From: Haliotis rufescens
Lineage: Eukaryota
Assembly: GCF_023055435.1 (NCBI RefSeq)
Contig: NW_025963791.1
Location: 32,426,001 to 32,490,000 of the forward strand
Reading direction: 5' to 3'
Length of the DNA: 64,000 nt
Below are positions 27,243 through 38,888 of the stretch, in pieces. The first letter of the stretch is position 1. Every line of letters starts with the position of its first letter. The position numbers were made by a program, and so were the translations under genes. The notes under the pieces are model-generated. The model saw only the letters and a list, made by a program, of their open reading frames with translations. It did no database searches and had not been told where the DNA came from.

Positions 27243-27799
27243 TTTGTAAATTGACATTTTGGTGTGTTCATGTTTTTTTTATATTAAATCACGCATTTTC
27301 TAAAGTCAGTATGACAAATGATACCGTTTGAACACTTACAGGAGTCTTTTGTCTGTTGCAAACCGAAATTGTTTCAGATTTGGTAAAAAACATAACTTTG
27401 CATTAAATCTTATTCAATGTCACAGGAACTTTTGTTGTTTAGTATATAAGCGATTGAGAATACGAAAGGACGTGTACAGCATAAGAATTTGTGGCTTTGA
27501 CTTTATTGCGAGCGTTCAGCTCTCAACTCCATATTTTCTTTAGTTTACATTTGCATTCTATCCGAAGTTAGTATTCGATATGGGTATTCTTGAGTTTGTC
27601 TTTACCGGTCGCGGAATCTCTAAGTATGTACTTATGGTCAACAACTACTCTCCAAAGTAAGCTGACCGATCCTCTCTCTTCTACCTTTCCAGGTTTCAGA
27701 TGAAGAATGTTGCATTTATGTCAATATTATTAGAAAAGGACTCGAAATGGAGAATCTGTTTTTTCGGTTTGATTTACCCTTCGCCAAGAAGTTCAAGGT

Positions 27800-28480
27800 C
27801 ATCATATATAGGAGGTGAGTAAGAGTTGTTGAGGATCTGTGCTCAGGGAGTCCAGTGACTTTAAAGACCATTCATGGGGTACAGAATCATAAGCTTCTCT
27901 GTAGTCTATCCAACACATTGAGAGGTTACAGAGGTAAGTTTTAGCCTCTTCAAAGACCATTTTGTAATTAACACTTGATCCTAACAACCGCAACATCCCT
28001 TTTCGGCTCTTTTATGCTCCATGTAAATATCATTGGAAGCACAGGATATGTAAGACACCCTGTACATATTTTATTTGAGTGTTCAGACAAGACAGTAATA
28101 GGGCGAAAGGTTTTGGGATCAGTCAATCACCTTTCTTTTGGAGAAGTATTGTTCAACCTTTTCACAACCAAAGCAGAACATCCCCTGTATCCAAAAGAGA
28201 ATTTAAACAGTGAAGTGCCGGTGTTTGGCCACCTGGCGCCGTATTAGACTTGGACTTTTTTTTATTCCATTTTTCAGGCAATCAGGTGAAATTAAACACA
28301 TCAATGGTGACCTTTTTTTTGTCATGTACAATATCTTTGTAATCCTCTACCCATGGTTCCTCGAGGTAACAGTTGCTGGGTATAGACCACAACTGTTTCC
28401 GAAATCTTTCAATGGACTCCATGGTGGGTCCTTTTACACCAATGGCATTGGTTGCATTTAATTGCCTTTAAAACTTCAGC
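27800..28480 (-). mobile_element. Non-LTR retrotransposon RT fragment, R4/Dong-like
   Basis: Minus-strand motifs DPKTFRPITVL (~28080-28120) and NLSMCWIDYREAYDSVPHEW (ORF 27802..27996). The reading frame is degenerate. Confidence 0.75.
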
Positions 28481-30951
28481 TTCAGTTTTAAAAAACTTAT
28501 TTTGTTTTATAAAATTATTTTTTCTTGTCTCACTTTCTCTTCCTTTCTGTTTAAATGTTTAACTTTGCTTTCGGAGAATCAGGAATTTGATTGAGATTTG
28601 TTTCTTTTGTTGTCCTACAATTTGTTTTCCGTTTTTTCCAAATTGATTTTTGATGTTTTGACTTTTAACAAAAATAATGTCATTTACATATCAAAGTCAT
28701 TCTGTGGAAATGATTGGTTACATTATTTAATTGGCCTCCGTTTCTCAATCGGTAAATCACAGCTTTGATCATTAAATGACAAAATATACAACGGATCATC
28801 AGAAAGATCATTGACAGAAGAGGGGTCAGAATCGAAAGGAAACTCAAAATCTTCGAGGCTAACATCAGGGATTTCATTTTGTGAGCCCAATTTGTGGATC
28901 ATCAGTGACAACTGCAGGTAATTTAAGGATAACAATATTAATGGAGACGTTCATTTGCAATGTCTGGTCTACAATGTCTATTGTTGGAACGGAGGGTTCA
29001 TTCAAAGGTGCCTGACGAATGTTGACAGTAAGCCAATCAGGCGCATTGCGCAAATGATTTCAGTCACCGGAGCTGGTCGCGAATATTCTGGTGTGCATAC
29101 AATGACATTGCTTTGTCCCGATGCTGCTTCAATAGTTATTTACTCGTGGTATTCCTGGCCATCCTGTTGCTTTCGCACACTCAAGAATTTTGGACTTGAG
29201 TTGATATGTTCAATCAAAAGCAATCTGAGGCTACTGACTGCGTAACAATATCACAGATATATCCATCACTGTAAATATCATTTTTTAAATCTTATTTCCA
29301 ATTTTCCCGTTTCACATGTCGGACATGGAGCGTTGACGGGTACCGTATATGTGGATACCTTATATAAATGTACATATGTATTGGTGATTTATCAGTGGAA
29401 GAACTGATGCAATGACATTTTACAAAACGCAGAGTAAAATCGAATTTTCCGCAATACTGCATCCAAACTTGTATTCGGTCACTAAACATTACAACAATGG
29501 TTTGTAGCTAAATGCTGCATAATGCATAATTATTACCACTGCGTCAATGCTAGCGTTTTAAACACACAGCTACGGGTTTGTTTGTTTGTTGTCCGCTATA
29601 TGACGGCGGGCTGTAAATATTCGCGTCTGGATCAGACAACCCAGTGACTGAAATCATGAGCATCGATCTTCGCAACTGGGGCACGATGACATGCATTGCG
29701 AGTATAACATACGCCGGTGTAACATGGATAACTATAACTTGTCTCTGTAAGAGTCTAACTATCGACAAGGCGTTCTACAATAATCTATTGAACAAACGCA
29801 CAGGGTTTCCTTATAAGCTTGTTATCTAGCAATCGTTAGTTGGAGGAAATATATCTCGATGACAGAGAAGTTTAATCTGTCCATCTAAAATTTAAATCGA
29901 CCAGGTAAAATAACGATAAGGAAGTACAATGCGTTGTTATAGATGGCGTGCTGACTTTTGATTGGCTTGCACCTGTCTGAACTTGATACTTAACGTGAGA
30001 GGATTACTAGCACCAACATACGATGTCCACCCTAGCAGCGTGTGTCGCTGTGGCAGCAGAACAACTATTCATTTGGATCACAAATAGACCCAAAAAACGT
30101 GTCATTGGTAAGTTTTGCTCAACCTTTACATGCATTAAAACCTTCCTCTCCGGAAGTACAGTTGCGGTTCATACGGGGGCATCCTACTTGTCCGGCACCT
30201 TTTGTCTTAGTAGTAAAATCGCCCAGGCGTACTAATTGGTCAAACAATAGGGGGATTAGGGGGGCATCTCAAGATTTTATGCTAGGGGTGAACCGCCAAA
30301 AAAGAAGCGGTATCGGAATTTGGAACACGCTCTTGAAAGAGAGAAGCGACTTCTGGCTACAAATCAGAAATCCAAATACCAATACTATGACGCAGTGTCG
30401 CATCTTGTTGGTTTGTGAATTGTGAGTGTATGTACAGAAATCTTATTATATATCGAATAAATAAAGAAACTTTTTGAATACAAGGGAAAAGCATTACTGG
30501 TGATATTATTGTATTGTATTTTTTGTTTTTCTTATAAAAGTATTATTTGAAATATATACATATGTAGTTTGTAAATGTGTATGTATGTGATATTCCACAA
30601 TTTGTATATGGATGTACTCGAATCTTTATTTTTAAAACAATATCAATGGAAATAAAAGGTTGAGCAAAAAACACTTTCTACTGAGGCCGGAATACTGGGG
30701 AATACCACCTTTTATTTTATTAATGATAACAATGGAATCATTCGACCGACATTGCTGCTGAATAGAGGTAGTCTGAAAAGAATATATCCAAGCCACTTTC
30801 TGTCTTTGCTAATATCCCGATTTTGTATACGTATTGTATGTTTGAACACATTAGCTACCATCGTGCAATGCATATGATAATGATATTAATTGATTTTTAT
30901 ATCGTTTGGTACTCAATTGCGCTAACAATGTGTGCAATATGTACACAGAAA

Positions 30952-30974
30952 GGGGGGGGGGGGGGGGGGGGGGG
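30952..30974. repeat. Poly-G homopolymer (23 nt)
   Basis: Seen directly. Confidence 0.95.
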
Positions 30975-31069
30975 TACGAAACAAGGTGATCATGGCACCC
31001 TGTGTCCACACGTCAACCGATGTGCATTAGAGTTAAATGCGATGATATAACTTTCAAGCAGAAAGCATT

Positions 31070-31552
31070 ATTGAAGAGTTGTGTCGTGTGTGCTCTCTTG
31101 AAAGATGCAAGTGACGCGATTGCCATTTAGTTGAGGCTTCTCTCCTAGGAAATGTGTCCCGTTATGGTTCTGGTGCTCGGCTGAGCCAGCAGACTCCACA
31201 GTGTGAGTTTCAGAGATAATCTTATGCTTTATCATCAAGTATAGACGTATGTGCCACAAATAGTAGTCTGCGCCAGTGAAGGGATTGTGAAACGGGTGAG
31301 ATATGTTCAGTGTGACGGATTTTGTGATTCACAACGAATTGCTGTTGGTCAGCAGTGACCCAGAAATGTTGATAAAGAGTGAATAAATTGTGATCTCGTT
31401 TTGAGAGGTTTGGTTGTCTGCCTGTCCAGCATGCAACGGATTTTTTTGATTATGCGAATGTGAACGAAGCAAGATTTCAAGATTGATTTGCTGACGCATT
31501 CTTCAAGTGAAATGCTTGATTGAAAGATAACTCCAAGGAGTCTCACAGAAAC
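31070..31552 (-). mobile_element. L2/CR1-type LINE ORF2 C-terminal fragment
   Basis: VRLLGVIFQSSISL..ILKSCFVHIRIIKKIRCML, followed in another frame by HTEHISPVSQSLHW (compare the L2 motif HITPVLxxLHWLP). Confidence 0.75.
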
Positions 31553-31838
31553 AGTGAGTGAGCGAGTGAGGTGTGTTTTGACGCCGTTTTCAACAGTATT
31601 CAAGTTAAATCGTGGCTTGTCAGCCTAATGTGGGAGGAAAGCCCGACGTGATGCGGGTTTCAGACGTTTACCACTTCGATGAAACCAACGAGCACGGGTC
31701 TAGTGCTTGCAAACCTAGAAACATAATCGGGGCGAACTGGGATTCGAACCCACGATCATAGGTTCCTGGCGTGCCCAAAGGACCCAACTCTACACAGCGA
31801 ATGACGGCGCCTTAGACGACTGGGCCACCTGTGCCCCC
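31553..31838 (-). mobile_element. tRNA(Leu-like)-derived SINE family C
   Basis: Head ggggcac.ggtggcccagtcgtctaaggcgcc..ggttcgaatccc and (actc)n tail. Other copies at 36108-36345(-), 39411-39687(+), 45397-45537(-, truncated) and 55350-55608(-). Confidence 0.85.
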
Positions 31839-32399
31839 TTCACTCAGGCAGAAACTTCATAATTGCCTCTTTTGGCAGAAAGTCCAGATGCACATTTGAT
31901 CCTATAGTGAAGCATTCAGCTTTGCTTTTATTTAAATTAACACGGTTAGCTGTCATCCCAGCCTTGATATGCATGATGCATATTTTCGTTTGTTGCAATC
32001 ATCAGTTGTTTGTGATGGTTCAACGAACACATATTATTTATGGAATGTTACTTATGGACAGAATTTCGAGACTGAAAGCAGAAAACCCAAGGCTGAATCT
32101 TGAATCGCCCCATATTTAACCCAAAATAAGTCGTGCCACCCCGATAGTCCAATTCTTGTTGCCAGCCGACGACGGACGGTTGTGTGATCCTTTTAAAGGC
32201 TGCTGATAAATAGAGCGCGCAAAGTGGGATCTGTTGATGATCCTCTGTTGCAATGCTGTGGTTATGGACACTCACGTGTACATTTCGATACTTTTGGAAA
32301 TAACCTGTCTGAAGTTAATTGTTAGTTGAGAAGTATTCTCACATTTTCTCGTCTCCCTTTTGACATGGGAAATGTCTGCCGTGAAAGCGGAAAGTAGGT

Positions 32400-32612
32400 C
32401 ACATGACCGTGTCATGCCAAACAAGATAAAATATGGTAGTTTTTGTTTTCCTGCCTGGCGCTCGGCATTAATGGGATAAAACAACGACTGATTAGTGCAG
32501 TATAATGTTAGTGGGTTAGTGAGGGCTAGTACAAGGCGCAATGCACAGCATGTATGCACATCACGATAAAAGTGCAGTTATTTTGAACGTTAACCCCACT
32601 TTCACCTCACCT
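32400..32612 (+). mobile_element. Diverged SINE family A fragment upstream of the TLR exon
   Basis: cctgcctggcgctcggcatta core and ttaaccccactttcacctcacct tail. Confidence 0.65.
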
Positions 32613-32972
32613 TTCTGATTCTGGTAATTGCAACTATTCCAAAAATGCATTTGATATTGTAGTTACTTAGCTAACTTGTGTCGTTATGTTTGGAGTATAT
32701 GCCTATAAACCTAAACATTATGAGATATTAAATATATACATTGTTCATGCTTCCAGGGAGCGGATGCCTATTAATATTTTTTAACATTTGACCTGTAAAC
32801 AAACATTTTGAATAATTAATCTTTTGTTAATTTAAAGTGGAATCGTCAAATGTGGTTATTTACATTAACATTAATCACCTCTTTTTCTTTCTTTTCAGTT
32901 GTCCAGTTTCTTCTCTAACATGCTGACGATTATTAGCAAATATTTCAATTGAAACTTAACACTGGTTCAATC

Positions 32973-35444
32973 ATGGATCTATTGACCAAGGTGTTGATGA
33001 TATTGATTACAATGTTTGCTTCTCCGGGTGTGGTTTTGGAGTCTCTTGACTGCCGACCTTGCAAGTGTTTTTCTGTGAATGGAAACATTACAGCAGATTG
33101 TATGAATAACAACTTGACAGAAATCCCTTCATCGATCCCACATTTGACGAGTGTGTTGCGATTTTGTGGAAACAATTTGGGCAAACTCAAGGAAACGACT
33201 TTTAAAAACCTCACTTATTTAAAGATTTTAGATTTAAGACAAAATAACCTAAGATACACAAAAACAACATTTCCATCGTCCGTGTTTCAAAATCTGACAC
33301 ATCTAGTCATCTTGAAAATCAATGATAACAATATGGATTCACCTGATGATATAACAAAGTACCCAGTTGAAGCAATAGAGAAGCTTGAATCTCTCAAATG
33401 GTTGTGGATTGATGGTCTGAGAAATCAGATATTTGGTAAGGGGTTTTCCAAACTAAGAAATCTTAAAAGACTAACAGTAAGTAGTAGCAGTAACGCGTGC
33501 AACATTAACTCTATAAGTAATGCTACATTTAGATACTTACTATTTCTTGACCATATCGAGGTAGTCAAATGCAACGTAAATTCAGTTGAGCAAGGGGCAT
33601 TTGCTCTCCAACGGAAAGTTAAGATTTTAGATCTTTCGAAAAACTATTACCTACGGTTTGAAGGTGTCACAAATGCAACACAAGGGATATCTCCGTCACT
33701 TGAGAAATTAATTATTAATGAAGTAGTTCCATCATATGCCCTTTGTGTTAAAATTGACGATAAATTTTGCAAAAATCTCCAAAACACCAGTCTTACTGAA
33801 CTGCACGCGGAGAACAACAGCGTGATTATTTTCAATGCCACTGCCCTTACATTCTTTCCGAAGTCACTTAAAAGGGTATTTATGAGGGGAAACAGGTTTC
33901 AATATAATACTTACATCGGGTCTATTGCATCTTTAACAGGGTTAGAAGAGGTTCACTTAGGTGGCCCATACAGCCCGATTATGCCATTTCCACACACATC
34001 GGAGCTTATGCAAATGGCACCATGTGATGGTTGTAAAATGTTAGATTATGTATATGCGCCTGATGAACATTCATCGCAATATTCATCTGAGGCCCAACAT
34101 AATGCCGCCAAAATCAGTATACCCCACAACCTAACGAAAGTAACGTTTACATCTTCACAAATTTATGCCCACATCCTCAATGTTAGTGTAAGCAACAATA
34201 GCATTAAAAAAATTGATATTTCAAGGAATCTTTTCACAAAATGGATCGGCAGTATTTCTGGATTTGAAAAACTTGAACATTTAGACATTTCAAGAAACAT
34301 TGCAAATGATGTCAGTTCGGTTTTCTTTCAGTCGTTTCAAAATCTAAAATATCTTGACATTTCACGTAATCTCTTGGGGGTTGTTTTAGCCAAAGGAACA
34401 AATGGGAACATATTCAGCCACTTGGATCAACTTCAGATATTGATTATGTCAGAAAACTTCATAACTAAATTGTCAACTAGAGTCTTTACGGATTTATCAT
34501 CATTGACCAAGCTAGACCTTTCGAGGAATAGCATTGAAAATTTGTCATTTGACATCACTCATATGAAAAACCTCCAACTTCTACGATGTTCAAAGAATCA
34601 AATACAATGGTTAGCGCAAAGCTTCCGCGCAAACCTTGATGAAATCTCGAATGACCATAATATAACAGTGGACTTATCTCAGAACCCTATTGCCTGTACG
34701 TGCCATAACCTGCTGTTTCTATCTTGGATGAAAACATCAACTTTAAACGGGAAAATATCATTTGGAAACCTTTCAGAGTATGACTGTGTTCATGAGGACG
34801 ATCAAACTGTGAAACTTGATAATCTTGAGGAAGTTTTGAGAGAACTAGAGATATCATGCTATAATTATTCCGGGTTCTTTATTGGTATCTCGTCAGTTGC
34901 ATTTGTTTGTCTCGGTTTGTTAGCGTGTTCACTTCTGTATAGATTTCGTTGGAAGTTAAGATATGTATACTATGCAGCAAGACACAGATACAGTACAGAG
35001 GGCCCATCAAGCCATGAGTTTGTGTTCGATGCCTTTGTTTCCTTCGCAGAAGAAGACCGTGATTTTGTTGTCAATGAGCTCCTGGTGAAGCTAGAGGATG
35101 AGTCAGACATGAGACTGAACTTCCATCAAAGGGACTTCACCCCTGGCCGTCCTATAGCTCATAACATCATCAAAGCTGTCAAAACCAGCAAACGAACGCT
35201 GGTTATCTTGTCAAGAGAGTTCTTAAAGAGCCACTGGTGTGTCCATGAGCTTCTGATGGCTCACATGGAGAGTGTGTCTACAGGTAGGGATGTGTTGCTG
35301 ATTGTGATGATGGAGCACATTCCGACAAACAAAATTCCAGTTGAAATATTGTATCATATACAATCGGATTCTTATTTAGAATATCCATTGGAAGGGCAGA
35401 AAGACATGTTCTGGAGAAGACTCATTGATTCCCTCAAGGAATAA
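32973..35444 (+). CDS. Toll-like receptor, single cysteine cluster type, 823 aa, single coding exon
   Basis: First ATG at 32973 is followed by a signal peptide, LRRNT (CRPCKC..ADC), many LxxLxLxxN repeats, LRRCT (NPIACTC..C..C), a TM helix (FFIGISSVAFVCLGLLACSLLY) and a TIR domain (FDAFVSF, HQRDFTPG, FLKSHWCVHEL, FWRRL). An upstream acceptor ctttttctttcttttcag lies at 32898. Confidence 0.97.
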   Translation: MDLLTKVLMILITMFASPGVVLESLDCRPCKCFSVNGNITADCMNNNLTEIPSSIPHLTSVLRFCGNNLGKLKETTFKNLTYLKILDLRQNNLRYTKTTFPSSVFQNLTHLVILKINDNNMDSPDDITKYPVEAIEKLESLKWLWIDGLRNQIFGKGFSKLRNLKRLTVSSSSNACNINSISNATFRYLLFLDHIEVVKCNVNSVEQGAFALQRKVKILDLSKNYYLRFEGVTNATQGISPSLEKLIINEVVPSYALCVKIDDKFCKNLQNTSLTELHAENNSVIIFNATALTFFPKSLKRVFMRGNRFQYNTYIGSIASLTGLEEVHLGGPYSPIMPFPHTSELMQMAPCDGCKMLDYVYAPDEHSSQYSSEAQHNAAKISIPHNLTKVTFTSSQIYAHILNVSVSNNSIKKIDISRNLFTKWIGSISGFEKLEHLDISRNIANDVSSVFFQSFQNLKYLDISRNLLGVVLAKGTNGNIFSHLDQLQILIMSENFITKLSTRVFTDLSSLTKLDLSRNSIENLSFDITHMKNLQLLRCSKNQIQWLAQSFRANLDEISNDHNITVDLSQNPIACTCHNLLFLSWMKTSTLNGKISFGNLSEYDCVHEDDQTVKLDNLEEVLRELEISCYNYSGFFIGISSVAFVCLGLLACSLLYRFRWKLRYVYYAARHRYSTEGPSSHEFVFDAFVSFAEEDRDFVVNELLVKLEDESDMRLNFHQRDFTPGRPIAHNIIKAVKTSKRTLVILSREFLKSHWCVHELLMAHMESVSTGRDVLLIVMMEHIPTNKIPVEILYHIQSDSYLEYPLEGQKDMFWRRLIDSLKE

Positions 35445-36494
35445 TGGAACGGATATGGTACTATTTACATTATTGTTTATTGAGTGCACGTGCAGATATA
35501 GCAGGCACACACAGAAGCGGAAATCATCTAATATCCTCAAAATGTCATGGGAAACAAAGTCAACCAGACCATGCACTGAGTCACAGTTGTAGCATATTCA
35601 GCTAAGTGTAACAACTATTAAGCGTACTTTGGAATTTCCTTTGTGAAAAGGTGCTATATAAGTATGTACCTTATATTGGGGAACCTCTTGTCAGTGATTA
35701 GATTTGTTTATACTCTTGAATGTTACCTTTGTACATTTGTGAAATATTATAGTGTATATACAATGCAGTATATAGATTTTATATCAATATATGATTACGC
35801 CGTGATACATGTAACAATGATTGGAGTTTAGTATGCTCTTGTGTGTTAACTTTATGAGTTTAATTTGTGGAATTATACAGTGTATTATATATATGTAAGA
35901 AATAGATGACAACGCCACGATATATATGTACTTGACGTTTGCTTGAATTGGCTATACGAGTCACTATGAGCAGGTTTAATCAATTATGTTCATGCGGGTG
36001 TTTTGTTTGTGACCTGTAAATGTTGGCAGGAAAACAACGGGCTGAAAGAATGAGCCCCGCCCAGGCCCTCGGCATTACATGACGGATGTTCAGTCAAGTC
36101 AAGAACTGTGTGAGTGAGTTGGGTTTAATGTCGCTTTAAACAGTATTCCAGCTATATCATCGTGTGTCAGCTTAATGTGGGGGAAAACCCGAGGTGATGC
36201 AGGTCTTAGACGTTTTCCACTTTGGTGAAACCCACGAGCACGGGAACCGGGATACGAACCGACTATCATAGGTTTCTGGAGTGCCCAAAGGACGCAAATG
36301 TGCACAGCAAATTACGGCGACTTTGGCTATGGGCCTACCGTGCCTCCGCCAAGTCAAGGATCCTGACCATAGGATTTAGTTTAGTCACCACTTACAATCA
36401 GCAATAGATTGTTGGGAAGGCTAGTTCTAGTTGTACCATGTGAAGTTTGAATTATGTGCATGTAAAGATTCACCATGTACTTCGATGTTTGATA

Positions 36495-36854
36495 GGTGAG
36501 GTGAGGTGAATTGGGGTTAAACGTCGCGTCCAAGATTATTGCACTTATATAGCGACGACGTGCATGTACGTGTGTGTGTTTGTGTGGCTGCTTGTACTAG
36601 TCAGGGCTGATGCCGATTTATAGTGCTAGCTCACTGAGATACCATGCCGCAGTTTAACATGAATACCCCACTCAGACACAGTATACTGGCTCCGAGCCGA
36701 CCAGTCCTTGTTTTAGCCCCTTAATGCCGAGCGCCAGACAGGGTAACAACAAGTACCACCTTTTAACGTCTTTTGGTATGACGCGGCCGGGGATCGAACC
36801 CCGGACCTTCCGCTCTCCGGGCGGACGCTCTACCACTAGACCACAGAGGCGGTC
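36495..36854 (-). mobile_element. SINE family A with TSD
   Basis: TSD tcgatgtttgata on both sides. Further copies at 39891-40201(-, TSD tatgtatgtacag), 48262-48622(+) and 55755-56060(-, diverged). Confidence 0.9.
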
Positions 36855-37673
36855 TCGATGTTTGATATACACAACTGTTGTATATAACTATTTCTTGTAT
36901 TTGTGTTAGTTGCATGCTACTTCCCGACAAAAGAATGTATTCACTCATGCATTATATGGGGGGCAGTCGGGTAGCCCAGTGGTTAAAGCGTTCGCTCGTC
37001 ACGCCGAAGACCCGGGTTCGATTCCCGACATGGGTACAATGTGTGAAGCCCATTTCTGGTGTCCCCCGCCTTGATATCGCTAGAATAGTGCTAAAAGCGG
37101 CGTAAAACAAAAACTCACCTCACCCTCATGCCTAATGGTGGCTAAAAATAAAACAAACAAGAAATGGTTATTCGATGGTGATGCATTTGATACAGGTATA
37201 AAATGCGATATTACATGCATCATATTATTGCGTATCTCACAACATAAGTGTTTTAGACTTGTAACCATTACATTTGTTTATGTCAAATCCAATTGTCATG
37301 TGTTTACTTTCTTATATCGAAGCATTTTCGTCGCTGTTATGAAATTGTATTTCATTTCAAACTGATTATGAGTCATTAAAATTTCACAACCGATCGATAT
37401 TATTGTATGTACCTAAAAAAGGATAAATTGCAACATTGAATAGTTAATAATTACCCAACGGAAGATGTACGACATGAATTTTCATCACCGAGTCACCATC
37501 ACAGACGTATATCGACACCAAGTATACTAAAGCACATGCGACATGCCTTAACACGGCCATGTGTTAATTTTGAACTCCGCCTTGAGTTAAAGAGGTTGTG
37601 AGATTATCACATCAATGAGCAATATTCCAGAAATATTATGACGGAGTACGGGAAAAATTGACTTTACACATTG

Positions 37674-37962
37674 ATTGAGTGAGTGAGTGAGTGACTTGGG
37701 TTTAACACCGGTTTTAACATTATTCCAATTATATCACGGCGTGTCAGCTTAATGTGGGAGGAAAGCCCGAAGTGATGCAGGTCTCAGACATTTACCACTT
37801 CGGTGAAACCAACGAGCACGGGTATGGTGCTGACAAAACCTAGAAACATAATCGGGGCGAACCGGGATTCGAACCCACAATCATAGGTTTCTGGCGTGCC
37901 CAAGGGACGCAACTCAGCACACAAATCGCGGCGCCTTAGACGACAAGGTCACCCGTGCCCCC
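37674..37962 (-). mobile_element. SINE family C nested in an old family B copy
   Basis: 12-bp TSD ctttacacattg. The flanks (~37610-37673 and ~37963-38050) rejoin into a degenerate family B SINE. Confidence 0.85.
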
Positions 37963-38628
37963 CTTTACACATTGTACACATTTGGGGTATACGAATCAGA
38001 ATTGTCAGCTTTAGTTAACCCTGGCTACCCTAGGCTACCCAACGACCCCTTTCAAGCTTTGTGTGTCGATATATCATTACAAAACTCTCAAATGCATGTC
38101 AGGAAGGTTGTTTGTTTTACATGGTGCTGGTATCAGGCGTTAGCTATATCGATTGAATTTAAATGTTACTTTGTTTACGGATACATTGATCCAAATTTTG
38201 ATAAATATTGTATACAATAATTTATTTTTTTATAATTAATCGTTGAGAAAAACCCTTTAGATTAAACAATGCAGGCCATTCGTTACCAATTCTTGCACTT
38301 TATGCTTGTCGTAAAAGGCGACTAACGGGATCGGGTGGTCAGGCTCGCTGACTTGGTTGGTGCATGACATCGATACCAATTGCGTGGATCGATGCTCATG
38401 ATATCAATCACTGGATTGTCTGGTCCAGGCTCGATTATTTACAGACCGCCGTCATATAGCTGGAATATTGCTGAGTGCGGCGTTAAACAACAAACAAACA
38501 AACAAACAGGTTACGGAAAGGGGCGAGTGGTGAGGAATGAATGCAGGCGAGCTGTGAGCTGTTGTTCAAGTGAGCTCTAAATCCAAAAATATTCTGCACA
38601 CAGTTTATGTGTGTCGTCAATGTATTTC

Positions 38629-38888
38629 TATAAATAAACCGACCTCTGAGCGTGTGTGCTGTCAGCGACAATGAACAGCTGAAAAGCCAGGCTCGTCTCT
38701 GACCAAGTGGGTATTGCGACTCGCCAAAGCCTTTCACAGTTACCTCCCTTTTCCCAATTCGCGACAACGCACCTGGTGTATACATTCTTTGCTAGCTGTG
38801 TCGATCAATTAGAGTCAAGCTGGTGCGAGTTTTATAAGGACGATGACATTCATGTGAGAAACAGACATCACCCGTGATATACGTCAAG
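38629..38888 (+). promoter_or_regulatory. Candidate TATA box and non-coding first exon of TRIM-A
   Basis: TATAAATA at 38629 and a strong donor aag|gtatgt at 38889. The TRIM-A ATG sits directly after an acceptor, so an upstream UTR exon is required. Assignment to this site is an inference. Confidence 0.35.

Noticed and set aside
25495-27550. Tc1 terminal inverted repeats
   Set aside because: Only weak, gapped similarity between ~25500-25545 and the reverse complement of ~27500-27550. Ends not called.
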